Origin: Chrysomallon squamiferum
Taxonomy: Eukaryota; Animalia; Mollusca
DNA: 64,000 bases
Assembly (NCBI GenBank): GCA_012295275.1
Contig: CM022672.1
Coordinates: 22,754,001-22,818,000 of the forward strand
Reading direction: 5' to 3'
In this document: positions 23,873 through 39,149 of the stretch, in pieces
Numbering within the stretch: position 1 is the first letter of the stretch
Layout: the number at the start of each line of letters is the position of its first letter
Position numbers and translations under genes: made by a program
Notes under the pieces: model-generated
The model's input: the letters and a program-made list of their open reading frames with translations, nothing else
Told to the model about the DNA's origin: nothing
Database searches by the model: none

Positions 23873-24847
23873 ATTATGTTGTTAAAAGAACCGGTTCCAT
23901 GCATGTATCTACATGCATTATTGTTCACAGTTACCTGCTAGTATACATAACGTTATTTATTAAAATAACCATCAATGACAACAATGAATATATATAGATA
24001 CATTACACAACTGCGTGTGTGTGTGTGTGTGTGTTCTTTTATCTATACAAATATATCACTTGTGATTGCATCAGTAGAAGAAACAGAAATTTGTAAGATA
24101 TAAAAACCCAGTCATTTAGAATCGAAATATTCCTGTCTAATGGTGTGTACGAATAAATAATTTTCTCTATTTTAATGTAAACAAACTTTTGATAATTACA
24201 AGAAAAAAAATATATATATATTTATATATTAATCACAAGTTTCTTAAACCGATACACAACCACAATTGACCACAGTGCTTATTTGACCTCATTTGACCCC
24301 CAGACATTAACTGACCACTGCTCTGCCATGCGTTGCTAGTGTCGATCAACACACACACAGGCACACATGTATTCAATATGAACGAAACTGAAATAGGATT
24401 CGATGCTGTTGTGTTTCAGAATGGTTCAGCGATCTAAATACTACACTTTAATATAAACCAGAAGTATTCTCAAGGAAGTTAATATGAAACCCCGACATCA
24501 CACGTCATCTAGTTAAACAATGGGCTCTTACGCCGTCAAGATTTATAAATAAATGAAAATCTCGACAACTTCGACAAAACAAGAAGCCTGGCGATATTTA
24601 TACAAAATTATGAGGCCTCAAAAACCTTCTCACATTTATATTTCATTTCATGGTTTTTAAGGCCGGCGAATCCGTAATCTAACACATAAAGTAGGCTTGA
24701 ACTTATATGTGAAATTTAATTTATTAAAGTGTAATATAGAAATAGTATAAATATTGGCTGTTTATATGTGTTGCTCTTAAGACTTGATACATGTCAGGCT
24801 GTGTAATTTAATGACAGTGTTCATGTGTTATGTATGCATTATAAATT

Positions 24848-24862
24848 GTGTGTGTGTGTGTA

Positions 24863-24949
<87 letters not shown>
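24848..24949. repeat. Compound (GT)n(GA)n microsatellite just upstream of the IAP-D acceptor
   Basis: Direct inspection. Confidence 0.95.
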
Positions 24950-24954
<5 letters not shown>

Positions 24955-25010
24955 ATTATTATATATATTACTTTATGACGTTTTCCTTCATTGCAGATTA
25001 ATCGTCAGTT

Positions 25011-25643
25011 ATGGACAGTGAAAGAAACAGACTAAAAACATTTAAGAACTGGCCTCTTTGGTCAAACCAACGTCCTGAACTACTGGCAAAAAATGGGTTT
25101 TACTACACCGGAGAAAGAGACAGAGTAAAATGCGCATTTTGTAGTGGAGTGCTTAAAAACTGGCAACCGACTGATGATCCTGAACTAGAACATAAGAATC
25201 ATTTCCCCACCTGTCCCTTCGTCATTTCTACAGATAAAAGAAATACCGTTATATATTCTAAACCTAATGCAAGTTACCGCTTTCAAGAACAACCGGATAT
25301 GACCGTTGAAAAAAATCGGCTGGCATCTTTTAACAGTTGTCATTTTAAGATGAACCAAAGTCCCCAACTCTTAGCACGTGCTGGCTTTTATTACTATGGA
25401 GATGAGCTGAAAGCAGACAGGGTGAAGTGTGCTTATTGTAACGTGAGGCTGTTTGACTGGCAACCCGATGACGATCCTTGGGTTGAGCATGCGAGGTACG
25501 TCCCTGATTGCCGCTACGTGAAGTTATGTATGGGGAAAGAATTCATCGAAGATGTAAAACATCCTAAAACGATTCAGACACAAAAAAGGTGATAGAAAGT
25601 ACCGTATTTCATAACAAAGTTTAATCAAATTAGTGTGCTGTAG

Positions 25644-25678
<35 letters not shown>

Positions 25679-25730
25679 TTCACGTCCAGTTTTTTAAATT
25701 CAATTTACACGTTAAAAGAAAAAAACAAGA

Positions 25731-25773
<43 letters not shown>

Positions 25774-26573
25774 TCTTAATAAGGAAGTAAATAAGTAACT
25801 TGTATCTTGTTATTTTGATGTAATAATTTGTTTTGTCATTTGTCATGCAGTTTTATTTCATATATATAATTGTTATGATTCAGAATTTGTACTTTTTCAC
25901 TCTCCAAGTGATTAAAAAAAAGTATTAAAATGGTACACAAATGAAAATGAAATCTTTGTTTCTATTACTAATTTATTTTTTCTTTATTATATACATATTA
26001 TTTTTAATTAAAATCTTAATTAAAATAAATTAATTAATTAATAGGTTCAATGGCTTTGAAGGACCACTGCCGCAACAACAAACCCTTTCACATTCGGAAC
26101 CGGGACAAGTATCTGAACAGGATCCGGCACCGGAACGTGAACCGGAACCGGAAACTGAACCGGAGCTGGGGATTACTTTAGACGAATACATGAAGTCCGT
26201 TCAGGTAGAGGCCGTGGTTCAGATGGGATTCTCCGAAGAACTAATTCGTGAAATTGTAGACGCCAGACTAAAGAAGGAAGGCAGACCTTTTTCAAATTCA
26301 CAGGAACTGGCTTCTGTGATTATGGCAAAAGAAACTTCCGAAGGAGCAAATTGTAATGAATCCGAGGAAAGCGCACGCGAATTTTCACTGATTTCGGCAC
26401 AAAATGAACTTTTAGAAGAACGGTACATTTGTAAAATCTGCATGGAAAATCCAGTACGTATCACATTCATGCCCTGCGGACATCTTATTTGCTGTGAGGC
26501 GTGTGCATCTGCAGTAGGGGAATGTCCAATCTGCAGACGTTCAATATCCGGCAGACATAAAACATATTTTTAA
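25011..26573 (+). CDS. IAP-D: BIR-BIR-UBA-RING E3 ubiquitin ligase IAP (~368 aa)
   Basis: Coding exons 25011-25588 and 26045-26573, phase-2 intron at the same position as in IAP-C. Acceptor TTGCAG ends at 24996, with an in-frame TAA before the ATG. Two BIRs, an (EP)n linker, UBA VEAVVQMGF, RING CKIC..PCGHLICCEAC..CPIC. Confidence 0.93.
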
Positions 26574-27448
26574 ATTTTGATTCTGAATTTATCTTTGTTT
26601 ATCATTTTAATTTTGATAAAAAGTAATAATTAAATAAATAATATGTATAATATTTATTTATCGATCTTTCTTTTCTTTAATAATCTATCTATCTATCATT
26701 ATTTTAAATTAGTTTATTTACTTATTCAGTTTAATTTGTTGGCAGATATTATTGGAATAAGTCGTATGAACCTGGCTTTGAATAAAAATAACTAAATAAA
26801 TTATCATGTCATTAAATACCAATATATAACATATTTATGGCTGAAATTTGAAATTTTGTCCTATGTTGGAAAACATATCAAAATTATGTACGGAAATTAT
26901 AGTCCCTAAGACAGAAATTAATACAGGCGTATTTCAGAAGCAACCGGGAATATTTTGGCTACTTGCGCCCAGTAATATCGATCTCCGACTCCACTGCTTT
27001 TATTGGCAATATTTTGTCAAAATAGAAATAATCATGGACCCATCGAGCACTTCAGTAAAAATAAGCGATTCTGATGGATATCATTTTCGTTGTAACTAAA
27101 TAGAAATAAATATATTACATTATAATTTCTGATATATGTTTATTTATGAGTTATCTAGTAAATATAATTTTAGAAATAATATTCCTTGACTAGCATATTT
27201 TCACGAAAAACACTTACGACAAAGTGGCAGTCAATAGGAGAAGAGAACGAATATGTGTGTGTGTGTGTGTGGGTGTGTGGGTGTGTGTGTGTGTATGTCT
27301 GTGAGTGTGTTGTGCTGCTGACATTTTCATTTGTGGTTGGTTGTTTTGGTTTTGGTTTTTTTGAGGGGGTTACAAAAATGTCAGCTATTTTCTCTTAATT
27401 TCTTAACTTTTACTTTCTTTCTTTCTATCTGTATAATAATAACAACAA

Positions 27449-27479
<31 letters not shown>

Positions 27480-28199
27480 ATGTGTATACCCTGTAAGCTT
27501 AACAGTTTGGTTTGCTAAGATATAGCGGCAAGCATCTGCGAACAGATAGCAATGGTAAGAACTGTGAACAGATAAACATTGAACAGTTTATAATTTCTAG
27601 CCATAAACATTTACATGATGTTTTGTCGTGTAGATTGGGATTTACTTTCCATAGGTTTCGAATGCCCAAAGTGAGATAGTCGCTGATTTGACTTAATTTG
27701 TGTATGAACTAAACAAAAATATATTTTTTTTTGAAGATTAGATTCTTTAAAGATATATATATATATATACATACATACACATCATATCTATCATGGAATA
27801 CGCCATGAACACTTAGTGAATTAAATCAGTGGTACACAGTCTTCTGATTTCGGATGACAATAACAGAAGATTGTAAACCATTCATTTAACTTAACAAGTA
27901 TTCAGCATGGCATGCTCCATGATAGGTGTGTTGTATGTGTATGTTTAAAAAATCTAAATTTAAAATTTTTATTTTCGACTAAATTTAATTTTATTCTGGG
28001 TGTTGTCTGTGTATTTCGGAATAAAATTAAGTAGGTTGTCTGACATGCAGTGCAGTTCGCTATTGCTAATTATTTCTATTTGCTTATTTGTATTCAGATT
28101 TTAACCTAGAACCTGAACTTCTATGTGTATGCCTCTTTGGTTTTGTATGTTTGTATTCTAATATCCTGTAATTTAAAAATAATAAAAAAAATAAAGAAA

Positions 28200-28796
<597 letters not shown>

Positions 28797-28873
28797 AATG
28801 TATGTGTATCAACGACTAAATCTAAGTAGCACACGTTTTGGCTAAATTCAGTCCCATAAATACTCTGATACTT

Positions 28874-28909
<36 letters not shown>

Positions 28910-29942
28910 ATAATTATTTTTTTTTTTTTTTTTTTTTTAATTAAACAAATTAACTTTCGCCCTTTCAGTCAAAACTACTGAACGAAAGGACTAGATTTTG
29001 AGAGTATATGAACTTTTAAGAATAAAGAAACAACAGGATTGACACAAATCGAAAAATAAATTAAGCGTGGAAGGTCATATTTTATTAGTATTATTATTAT
29101 TATCCTTAAGTAGTAGTAGCGTTAGTAGTAGTATTTATTATTACTGTTATTACTATTGTTATTATTATTATCTTTTTTTTATCTTTTTTTTTAATATTTT
29201 AAGTACAGTTATTGGTTAAATGTCTTGAATTTTAAGAGAATTTAAGAAGAAATATAAAATAATTTTTAAAAACCCTTTAGATTAATATAATTTATCAAGA
29301 AAGGATTTAAAAATGTTATGAATAAAATACCTCGTGTTTGAATAATAATTATGGAAACCAAACAGATTATGAAAGAAGCAAAACTATATTTATTGCGAAT
29401 AATTCTGCTGCGCAGCGACACGACTGTTTTCGTGGCAAAGATAAATTTCTTATAGACGTCTGAGATTGAATATATTTCTAATACACATCTGCATCATAAG
29501 AAACAACAACATCAACAACGACGACGACAATAGTAATAATAATAACAACAACAAGAACAACAATGACAATAATAGACACAACAAAATTAAATAAAATACA
29601 ACAAAAACAAACGAACAACAAAAAAGAAAACAAACACAGTGATACGACCAGAGCTCCACTTTCTAGGCTTTATAGGTTTTCTAAGTGATTCGTATTCAAT
29701 AGGTTGCTTCCCTGTATTACAGCAATCAAAAAATTCATTTATGTTAATATAACATAATAAACAAAGAGGGAAAAGTTTATAATTTTACATAGAAAGAGTA
29801 CCAGCCAGATAAAGGAATGATCTTTGTCATATATTGATTGGAAATATTTATGAAATTAAATAATGAATAGATATTTTCACCAGCTGCGGTGCGTCATTTT
29901 ACTTCACGAAAACACAACACAGATAAAATCGCTGTTAGCGGG

Positions 29943-31088
29943 ATGTCGAAAAAGCAACAAATTGCAGGTGAAATGGACGTGGACGACGAAGACAATGCAG
30001 AGGGTGATAAAATGCAGCTTCCATTAGAAGCTATCCAAGATGAAAGCGAAAGACGAGATATAAGAAAGAACTACAGAGATTTTATTTCATCACTTCAGGG
30101 TATTTAGATTAGATCAGATATCGTTCACATTTTTTTTTTTTTTTTCAACTTCAGACAGCACTGAGTACTAGTAGTTAAGTAACTCATAATTATTATTATA
30201 CTGATAATACTCATACTTTGAATAATAATATACGTAGACGTTTCAACTTTCATAATTAGTCTGAACAAACTAAGGGTAAATACTGATTTATTTAGAAAGG
30301 AAAAATCGGTACCACCAGGAAATTACGTTATTCTTTCAGAACCGAAAATGGAAAAAGGCAAAACCCCGTTTAAATGATTAATCATCATTAGGTCATTGAC
30401 TAAATAGTTGTTCACTCAAAACTGAAACAAAGGTCCAGAACGAGTAAAATAGGAGAGAGAAAGAGTATAATGACAACTTGCCTTTCCTAGTTTTGATTTC
30501 ATTTGTGTATTTGATAAAATTCTGATATTTAGGGTATTGACTAAGTTGTCCAAATAAAGACTTGAAAAATATATAATTTACCTTTTTTATTTGTAGGTTT
30601 AAGAAGATTTTTATATAATACTTATATTTAAAAAGTCTGATTCATATAAACATGCATCAGATCCAGCAGTTTTCCTTAATATTTTCCTAAGATTACATTT
30701 TTTTATTTTTAAATGTAGCTTAAAACTAGTGCATGAGTAAATACATCATATAAAATGTAAGACGCTAACTATTTGGTCTAGATTATTGTCAACATAAATG
30801 ACCAGGCAGTGAAACAGTTAACAGAGCTGATACTGAACATCTTTTCTGGGATTTTCATCTGTTAAAAAATAAAAAGTAGATTGTAATAACATTAATTAAT
30901 GAATATGGATTCTCCTTGCCACTCAATTATTTAGTATTTTTGTTAAAAAGTTTTATTATTTATTTAAGGAAATCAACAAGATCTGGCCAATCCTTCATCA
31001 GATTCTCTAAATGAAAAACTTTTGGAAGCAGACGAACTGTATAAACCAGGTTTGAAGCTTGTAATATATGTTTCTATCTGTATATGTG

Positions 31089-31135
<47 letters not shown>

Positions 31136-34100
31136 GTACTTACTCTTTGGTTTGCAAAAACCTCTCCTACAGATTAATTAAGACGATGTCTGCTGAAGTT
31201 AATATGTTATATTCTTTTAACATTTCAGTATTTAAAATCTTAAATTTACATCATATATATGTGTGTGTGTTGAGTATATATATATATATTTATATATGTT
31301 TAATTTTGAAATTTAAATACACAGTAACCTCTTTTTAAAGATTTAGTAATAAACTCAAAGTCCAAACTATTAACATAATTTTAATTTATTTTATTTGCTA
31401 TTTGTCCTTTTTAATTTTTTTCACTGATACAAAAGTAATGTACTTTCCATTCCAGTAACTACTTTTCTCAGCCTGATCTATTTAACTGAGTAAACAGTAT
31501 TGTTATAAAATGGATACACCTGTAACTGTTAAATTTAAATATTCTTCTTTAGTTCGAATGACTCGTGAGGCAGCTCTTGATTCTCAGGCTCTTGTTCTCA
31601 TTGCAAATATTGGTCGACAGAAAGCCCAGGCTCTGCATACTGAATTTGTTAGATTCCAACCTGTGGAGTTTGCTGAAAAATTGGTAAAGCTTCAAAAACA
31701 GGGCATTTTCTTTACTTTTTAACCTGTCTTAATTCAACTGTTATTTTTTAATATATATTCTCAAATATTAGCTAATAACAGCAACATGGTAAATAATTAT
31801 TTTTTGGCATTTTTTTAGTTAAATTTAAAGTCTTGACATGATATATTCTGCAAAAGACTAAGCTTATATTGATATTGATGATCTCAACACTCCTAGGGAA
31901 ATGAGAAAGCTATAAATGTTCTTGCTATATTTCAAGATTCAGTAGCTGACCTATCGGCTATTACTGAAATTAATACATTGTTATTTTATTATACATTATT
32001 TCCTGTTTATGGGTAGGTGTTTAAACCTGTTCTTTCCAGCTAACTGGTAAGAGTAGTACTTGGAGTGACAAAAAAAACATGTTTAACATCTATTTGCTAT
32101 TAATAATGTAAATATTCTGAAATATTTTGAGGGGATAGACCTTAATACATTAAATGTTAAATTTTGTAACAATTTTACAGAAAACCTTTGTGAGTGGTCT
32201 GGAGGCTCATGCTGAAAATGGGATCTCTGAACAAGAATGGTGTAGACTGGGACGAGCAGTTCAGCCATTCTTCAGACGAATGCCAGCCTTCCATCTCATG
32301 TATGACACCTTTTTTATTAAAGGCTAAGAAATGAAATGGTTTTAAAATGTCAAATAAGTTTGTATGAATTGAAATAGTTTCAAAATGTAACACATTGCTA
32401 AGCTTTGATGTGGACATTAAAGAATAACATGTGTGTGTGTGTTATTATATATATATATATTTATAAGATTATAGCTTGATGTTAATTGGCTTTCATGACT
32501 GATAAAATTTCATTGCTGAACATATTGATTCTACAGTCTGTACACATGACTGATTTTTCACAGGTTTGTATATGTGCTGTCCTGTATAGATAAGTCTGTG
32601 AACGCATATAAATAATGTATGTAAAAGATATGTTCCAAACAAACAATAAAAATTAAGTGAAATACATGTTTATTAATATACAAAAATGCTTTACTCCCAC
32701 CAAATATGGAATTTTATAAGCTTTCCACATTTCATGCTCTTGTTGAAACATTTTACATCTTCATAAAAATTGTTCAGAAGTTCATTGATGTATTAGTAAA
32801 CAAGTTTTCATTTATTCAGGGCTGGGTCGTTTGAAAGAGGCCCAGTGGTAATAAAGAAAAATGGAGGAGCCAGGAAAGGAATGAGTGAGAAGGATCAAGT
32901 GGAAGATAAAGCAACAGTACCAAAACAGGTTAGTCAGTCATAGTACCAGTGTCATGGTGTAGAGTAACAGTGCCAAAACAGTTCAGTCACGTGTTAGTGT
33001 AGTGGTACAGGGCAACAATGCCAAAACAGGTCAGACGTATTATTAGTTTGGTGACATAGAGCAACAAATGTCAAAACAGATCAGTCACCGTACTAATGTA
33101 GTGGTGTAGAGAAACAGTGCTGAAACAGGTCTCTAATTTCATTCATGCAAAATATTTTTCCTTAACCCTTGGTTATGCCATTCACCAGTTTAAGAAGCTC
33201 ACTAATGAGTTGTAAACCATTATTACCATTCATATTTTGACCCTTCTTGACTTAATAACCGTTTTGAAAATAATTTCATAATAAGAGCAAAGACAAAGGT
33301 AATTGTGACATTGAATTACATTTTATGTTTCTGTACAGTTACAAGATTTCAACGACAGTGATAAAAACGAGGCTACAACAGCTGAGGTGGAGAGAGTACA
33401 TCGTCGACTGCTTGAAATCTACAATCAGTATAATCGTAAGGCGGTTTTGAAATAACAGCCCTTTTATTGTTTTCATGTTACTTTTTTTCAAAGATTTTTA
33501 ATTGACAATTATTATTCTTAAAAGGAGATTCATATTTTCTTTATTACTAATAAAATACAGCTACTGCTATATTTTCTTTTAAAAATCAGTCCTCTGTTCT
33601 CTGCTAAATATTCTTAATTTAAAAAAAAAAAAAATAAATATTAAATTTACATTTACTTTATTACTTGTAAAATTTAGACTGGTATGTTGTTTATTTTTTA
33701 AATCAGTTCTATCTGCTCTTCTAAATATTCTTAATATTAAAAACATAATCATAACAGTGATAATATATTCACATTTATTTTATTACTTGTAAAATTTATA
33801 TTTAAATTAGTTCTATCTGGAAACATAATTTAAAAAAACCTTTTAAAAAAATAGAAGAGGCTGGTTATAAGCGGCATTTGTAATAATCAAGCATTTTAAT
33901 TTAAAAAGAACAAATGTTTTCTTTCATTTATTTGTTTTTCTTATTTGTCCTTTTATGTGTATCCAGATTTGGCAATCAAAATGTTTGAGATAAAATTATC
34001 ATTCTGTTGCTCAGTATTAAGAGCAGTAGATTACATATTTCTGTAAATTGCTATCTGAACAATAAATGAAAAAAAACTTATTTGATTATGTATTTTCTTT

Positions 34101-35634
34101 AGTGATATATGTGGGATTTTTGTTTTTCAGAAACACCTGTCTGTTATTTTGAGTTTGTCACAAATCCACATTCATTTGGCAAAACCATAGAGAATATTTT
34201 TCATGTGTCATTTCTTGTGAGGGTAAGTTTTTGTTTTATCTGGAAAGAAACCACTGTTCATATCAGAATCATGCTTATGAAGTAATTATCCTAACCTTTG
34301 TCTAAAAATATATATATATATTTATATTTGTTTGTTTCAAATACATTTCATTAGTTTATATTAAATTACATTTTAATGATAAATGTTATTAATTGGAGCA
34401 GTTGTTGGCATATTTTTTATTTTTAATGTATTTATCTAGTTTCCTTGCCTAATTTGGAATATTTTACTATAATATTTTTTTTTTTTTAGGATGGATATGC
34501 TAAAATATTCCTGGATGAAGACAAACTTCCTGTTATAGGTATGTAGTAAGATCAAGATAACATCTAAGAGGACAAAAGCATATAGGAGCAGTTAAAGCAT
34601 TGCGACATAAATAAACAAGAAAATGAAAATAGCATCCACTGAATTTCTTTACAGACTCAATCATATTTTGCTAATCACAAATAGAAACAAATAAAATGAG
34701 CAAGTACTTGAGAATGAATGTACCTGTTTCCACCTCAGTGTGTACTTTATGTGTGTGTGTGTGTACATTTAAATTTTTATTATTTCATATTTATAGTTGA
34801 TTTTTAAATGTCTCCTTACAGAACCAGTAGAAGTGAGAGAAAATGTCTCTGAGGAAGAAATGCTGCATGCTAAAAGGCAGCAGGTGATCATGTCATTGAC
34901 AAAACAGGACTGGAAGGTTTGAACAATTATATTAAATACACTATAGTGATAAATAGGGACAGTCACCTAGTAATAAAAATGAAGAGGGGGGCTGTCATTG
35001 ACTTTGCAGTTTTATTATTGAAAACAACCACAAAAACATCTAGCTTTGTGAAAAAATAAGTTTTATGCACATACAAATTCACCCAATTTGCATGAAATAC
35101 TGTTTACTAAAATAAATTAATCTGTAGCAGACATGTCTTGTTTCAAATGTTGATAATTATTTTTCATTTATGTACATTCTGATGTTGTACATAATGTACA
35201 GCTTGGTCACTTGATATTTGCTATGTTGTTAAGATTTCTCCAATTTATATTAGATTATTTTCTTAAAAACCAAAGCAGTTCTGTATAAAATAACAGTGGT
35301 TTAATGAAAATGTTTACAAAATAATTATTAAATTATAAAGGAGAAGTATGTGAGTTTCACTTGAAACTGGTAATCGGCTTATGAGTACAGTTTAATTATT
35401 TATTGGTTCATTACATAATACTGTGAACCACATCATTACAAATTACAAACAAATACATATCCAACACAATACACTGATTTTTATTTCCAGGAGATCATAA
35501 AGAATTTTCATATTCAAGAACCAGTCATCCAAGATCGTACTACACACAACAACAGATCATCAGACACTTTGTCAAGATCACCAGTAGCTAGTGTCTCGAA
35601 TGGAACCAGCACAAAGACAAAGAAGAAAAGATAG
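29943..35634 (+). CDS. NSMCE4A: Non-structural maintenance of chromosomes element 4 (Nse4/EID3 kleisin of SMC5/6)
   Basis: Ten phase-consistent exons: 29943-30099, 30969-31049, 31553-31683, 32181-32299, 32820-32928, 33339-33435, 34131-34222, 34490-34538, 34822-34916, 35491-35634. Motifs [18 protein letters not shown] and the Nse4_C signature [27 protein letters not shown]. Confidence 0.93.
31091..31133. repeat. (CA)n microsatellite in NSMCE4A intron 2
   Basis: Direct inspection. Confidence 0.95.
32908..33132 (+). repeat. ~50-bp minisatellite (5 units) derived from the NSMCE4A exon 5/intron 5 junction
   Basis: Units start at 32908, 32961, 33009, 33058 and 33108; consensus AGAGCAACAGTGCCAAAACAGGTCAGTCAC...TAGTGTAGTGGTGT. 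Confidence 0.85.
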
Positions 35635-37934
35635 GACATTCTGACACTGTACTAGTTAAAGAAAATAAGGTTTGTTCTGTTTTTATTACAACTTTGAAAT
35701 ATAAATGATTAAATAAAAATAATAAAAAAGAAGCAATATTTCTTTCATTTTGTCAAACTGAAATGAATAATTGTACCAGTTGAAACCAATATATATTCAT
35801 ATAAAAGAGCATAGAATAATATATATTTTTTTTATTTATCTTTCCCTTTTTTTTATTTTGGTAGGTGAAAGATTTACAAGGTCTGGATGAACTACATCTG
35901 TCAAATTATGCAGTCACCAGGCAGGAAAATGGCTGATGCATTTTACTGCAATAACATTTTCATAACAATGTCTACCATATATAAGCAAACAGACAATAAT
36001 GTGCAGCTTGTTTGATACCTTTCAAAAGCAGAATTACTGAAGAAGAGATTGTAGAGCCATTTGTTTTCTTTGTTTTACCTGTAACAAACATTTAAATGTT
36101 ATATTGCAACTTTTTACACAACATGCCACAGTATTATGGCCATTTTGTAATATCTTTAAATCTAATTTTGAACAATGCATAAAAGGGGGGATACTATCAA
36201 TGATGGATAAATGTTCAACATGTGTCATTTTTTTAAATCAGAATAATAGAGTTTAATGTGAAATTTCAGTTTTCTTTTTTTAAATTTTATTGATACCATT
36301 CCATAAACAGATCTAGATCCATTGGTGTTATTGAGCTGCAGACTGCTGCAAGACAGTTTAGTTAATATTGTATGGGAAATGCATTGTGCACTTTTTTCCC
36401 ATTTGTTTGATGATAATTTAATTTTGTAATTTATCAAAATACGGATGTTTATATAATGAGAAAACAAAGTGCCTTTTCTATTGACCTTCCATTTCATATA
36501 AAGTGCATTCTTTGACAAACCACAGGGAGTTAAATGCACTAGCTATGTTCTAGGCGAAAAAAAATAAGTACCTCTTTCCTTGTTATGTTTGTGTAATACA
36601 TCTATGTTTTTGTTAAATATTTTTATAGAACAAATATAAATATGCAAATTCACCTACCAGTTTTTGGAATAATGAAGATCTGATAGCAGCTTGCTGCTTT
36701 TTATTAGTGCACACTTACACAGAAAATTATTTTTGAGAGTATGCAGGTTTCTGTACTTAACAAAAACAATTTATTTACTCATTTGTTATTTGTTATAGAA
36801 TGTACTCCAGTGTAAGAAACACTTGTAAAATAACTTCTTATAGGAGTCATTTATATATGTCCATTTTGAAAATATAGTGTACTTTTGGTGGTGAAAAACA
36901 AAAAGAGTAAAAATATATTTTGTATTTATCATTTATAAACTTTTAACTGGCAACTAGTCTTTGTTAAATATAAAGTACAGTGATAAAATAGTACAGTCAC
37001 AAAATTGTATTAGTTTTCTATAATGTTTAAAAATAATAAATATAACAGTGCTCAGTTCTATATTATTTATTTCTATTATCATTTTTTTAATTTTTTAATA
37101 TATTTAAAATAAGTAGTTTTAGATACAATAAAGGGGCTTATTTCATATATTTTTTTTTAAAGATGCTTTTTATTTCCCCAAATAACACTAATATTATTAA
37201 TAGTTATAAGAAAGTATAGTTATTTATTACTGTCATTTTGTCATTCATGTATTTCACTGTTATATTCAACAAAATGGAATATTTATTTAATAAATCATTA
37301 TTATGAAAACATTTTCGAGATTTGTTTTAAATCAAACTTTAGCTAGCTGCACGTTGATGAATAAGAACAATGGTGTTAGAAATTGTTTATATTCATATTA
37401 AAAAAATATATATATATGGGTTACTTTATAAACACTTTCTGATAGATAATTAAGCACATACCCATATATTTTGGTGCACTGTAAGAAATAAGAAAATGTC
37501 ATAGATGTAACCATTATCCTGAAGGTAATCCAGCCATTATTAATGCTAACTAAAATGTTATTTTCACCATGCTACAGCTACTGTTTAACTAGTCTGATTC
37601 AGTATTATCCTTTTACAGGTATCTACTAGCTAATATGAAGCTCTGACTTAGGAAAATAGTTAAAAACACTGAGTTAAAATAACATTAATTAATTTCTTAA
37701 ATGTTCAGTTTGATTTTTTTTTAATTTACAAATCTTGAAAGAGAATTTACTTTCTTCTCTTTATATATATAATTTTTTTTAACTATTTATTATTTTATTT
37801 CATTTATAATAATCAATTATTACTCTTATTAGTAGTAATATCAGAAATATATAATTCTTAAAGATAAACGTATAATATTTATTTTGAAAAGTATCTACTT
37901 AGACTGCGGTAGGTTTTTTGCGCTGATCGCTGTT

Positions 37935-37976
<42 letters not shown>

Positions 37977-38019
37977 AAAGGGCAATTACTACATTCAAAC
38001 CTTATTCGTAAGGAACTAC

Positions 38020-38118
38020 TGCGCATGCCCTAGCGGAAAATTCAAACTTCAAACAGGTGCCAGTGAGAGAAAACCGAAGATATACAACGTAAACAGAAGT
38101 TTATTCACTTCGCTTAAG
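38020..38118 (+). promoter_or_regulatory. TACC promoter and non-coding exon 1 with NRF1-like and CDE/CHR-like elements
   Basis: TGCGCATGCC (38020-38029); TAGCGG-AAAA-TTCAAA (38031-38046) with further TTCAAA copies nearby; upstream poly(A) tract 37936-37971; strong donor AAG/GTAAGT at 38118/38119. Confidence 0.6.
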
Positions 38119-38896
38119 GTAAGTGATATTCACTTTGTTTGTTTTGTTAACTATTAGTTATTTATATTCTCGTTAGTAATGCAGTGATTTATATATTTCC
38201 GTGTTCACCGATGTCGGATCGGTGGCTACCAAATTACTAATTTAATAATTAAAATAAATTATGACCATTGATTAATCATTTCATTGAAACTATAATTTAA
38301 ACCATAAATATACTCATATACTGACTTTTTCTTCTTCATAGTATTGCTTAGGTAGTCATAAATTTAAGAAATATTCAATTTCATGTCCTATGATAGTTTA
38401 AAATGAACATCTTCAATATGAATATGGTTAATAATAAGTTATAAACTTATAATTATATGGATCTTGAATTGTATTATAATAATTATTCATATTACAATTT
38501 ACAGGATTCTATTTAAAATATTTTATTTAATAAAGTTTTAACTGTTTTCTATTAAATTAATTTATACACTAGACATAGTTCAAATAGGAAACGAAATAAC
38601 TGACATTATCGCAACGAGAGTGACAAAAATATTTTTATTAAAATCAAAAAGACAACAATGAATAAAAGCTCTTTGAATAAAAAATATGATTAAATTAATT
38701 ATTCATTTCTTTACTTGTTTTTAAATACATCTTTCGTGGAAAACGGCTTTTAAAAAATAATAAATAAATAAATAAATAAATGTTTATGTTTATTTAATCA
38801 AATTAATGGGGAAAAAAAGAATAGGGTCTGCAAACCAATGTACTTGTTGTTTTTATTTACTGCTTTGTTTTGGTTATTTGTTTTAAGAGTGAGAAC

Positions 38897-39111
38897 ATGG
38901 ATGACGACTCGTTCTTTGATGCACTGACAGGAGATGAGAATGCTTTTGTTAGTGTCTCAAGTCCTGCGGCCAACCAGAAGATAAAGAGAACTCCACTCAG
39001 TCCAAATCCCAACAACATTCTGAATAATTTGAATTTGGCTAAATCCCTAACTCCAGATAAAGCAAAGAAGGTAGCAATAAGTATCCCTTAAACTAGTAAT
39101 ATAAATCTAAT

Positions 39112-39149
<38 letters not shown>

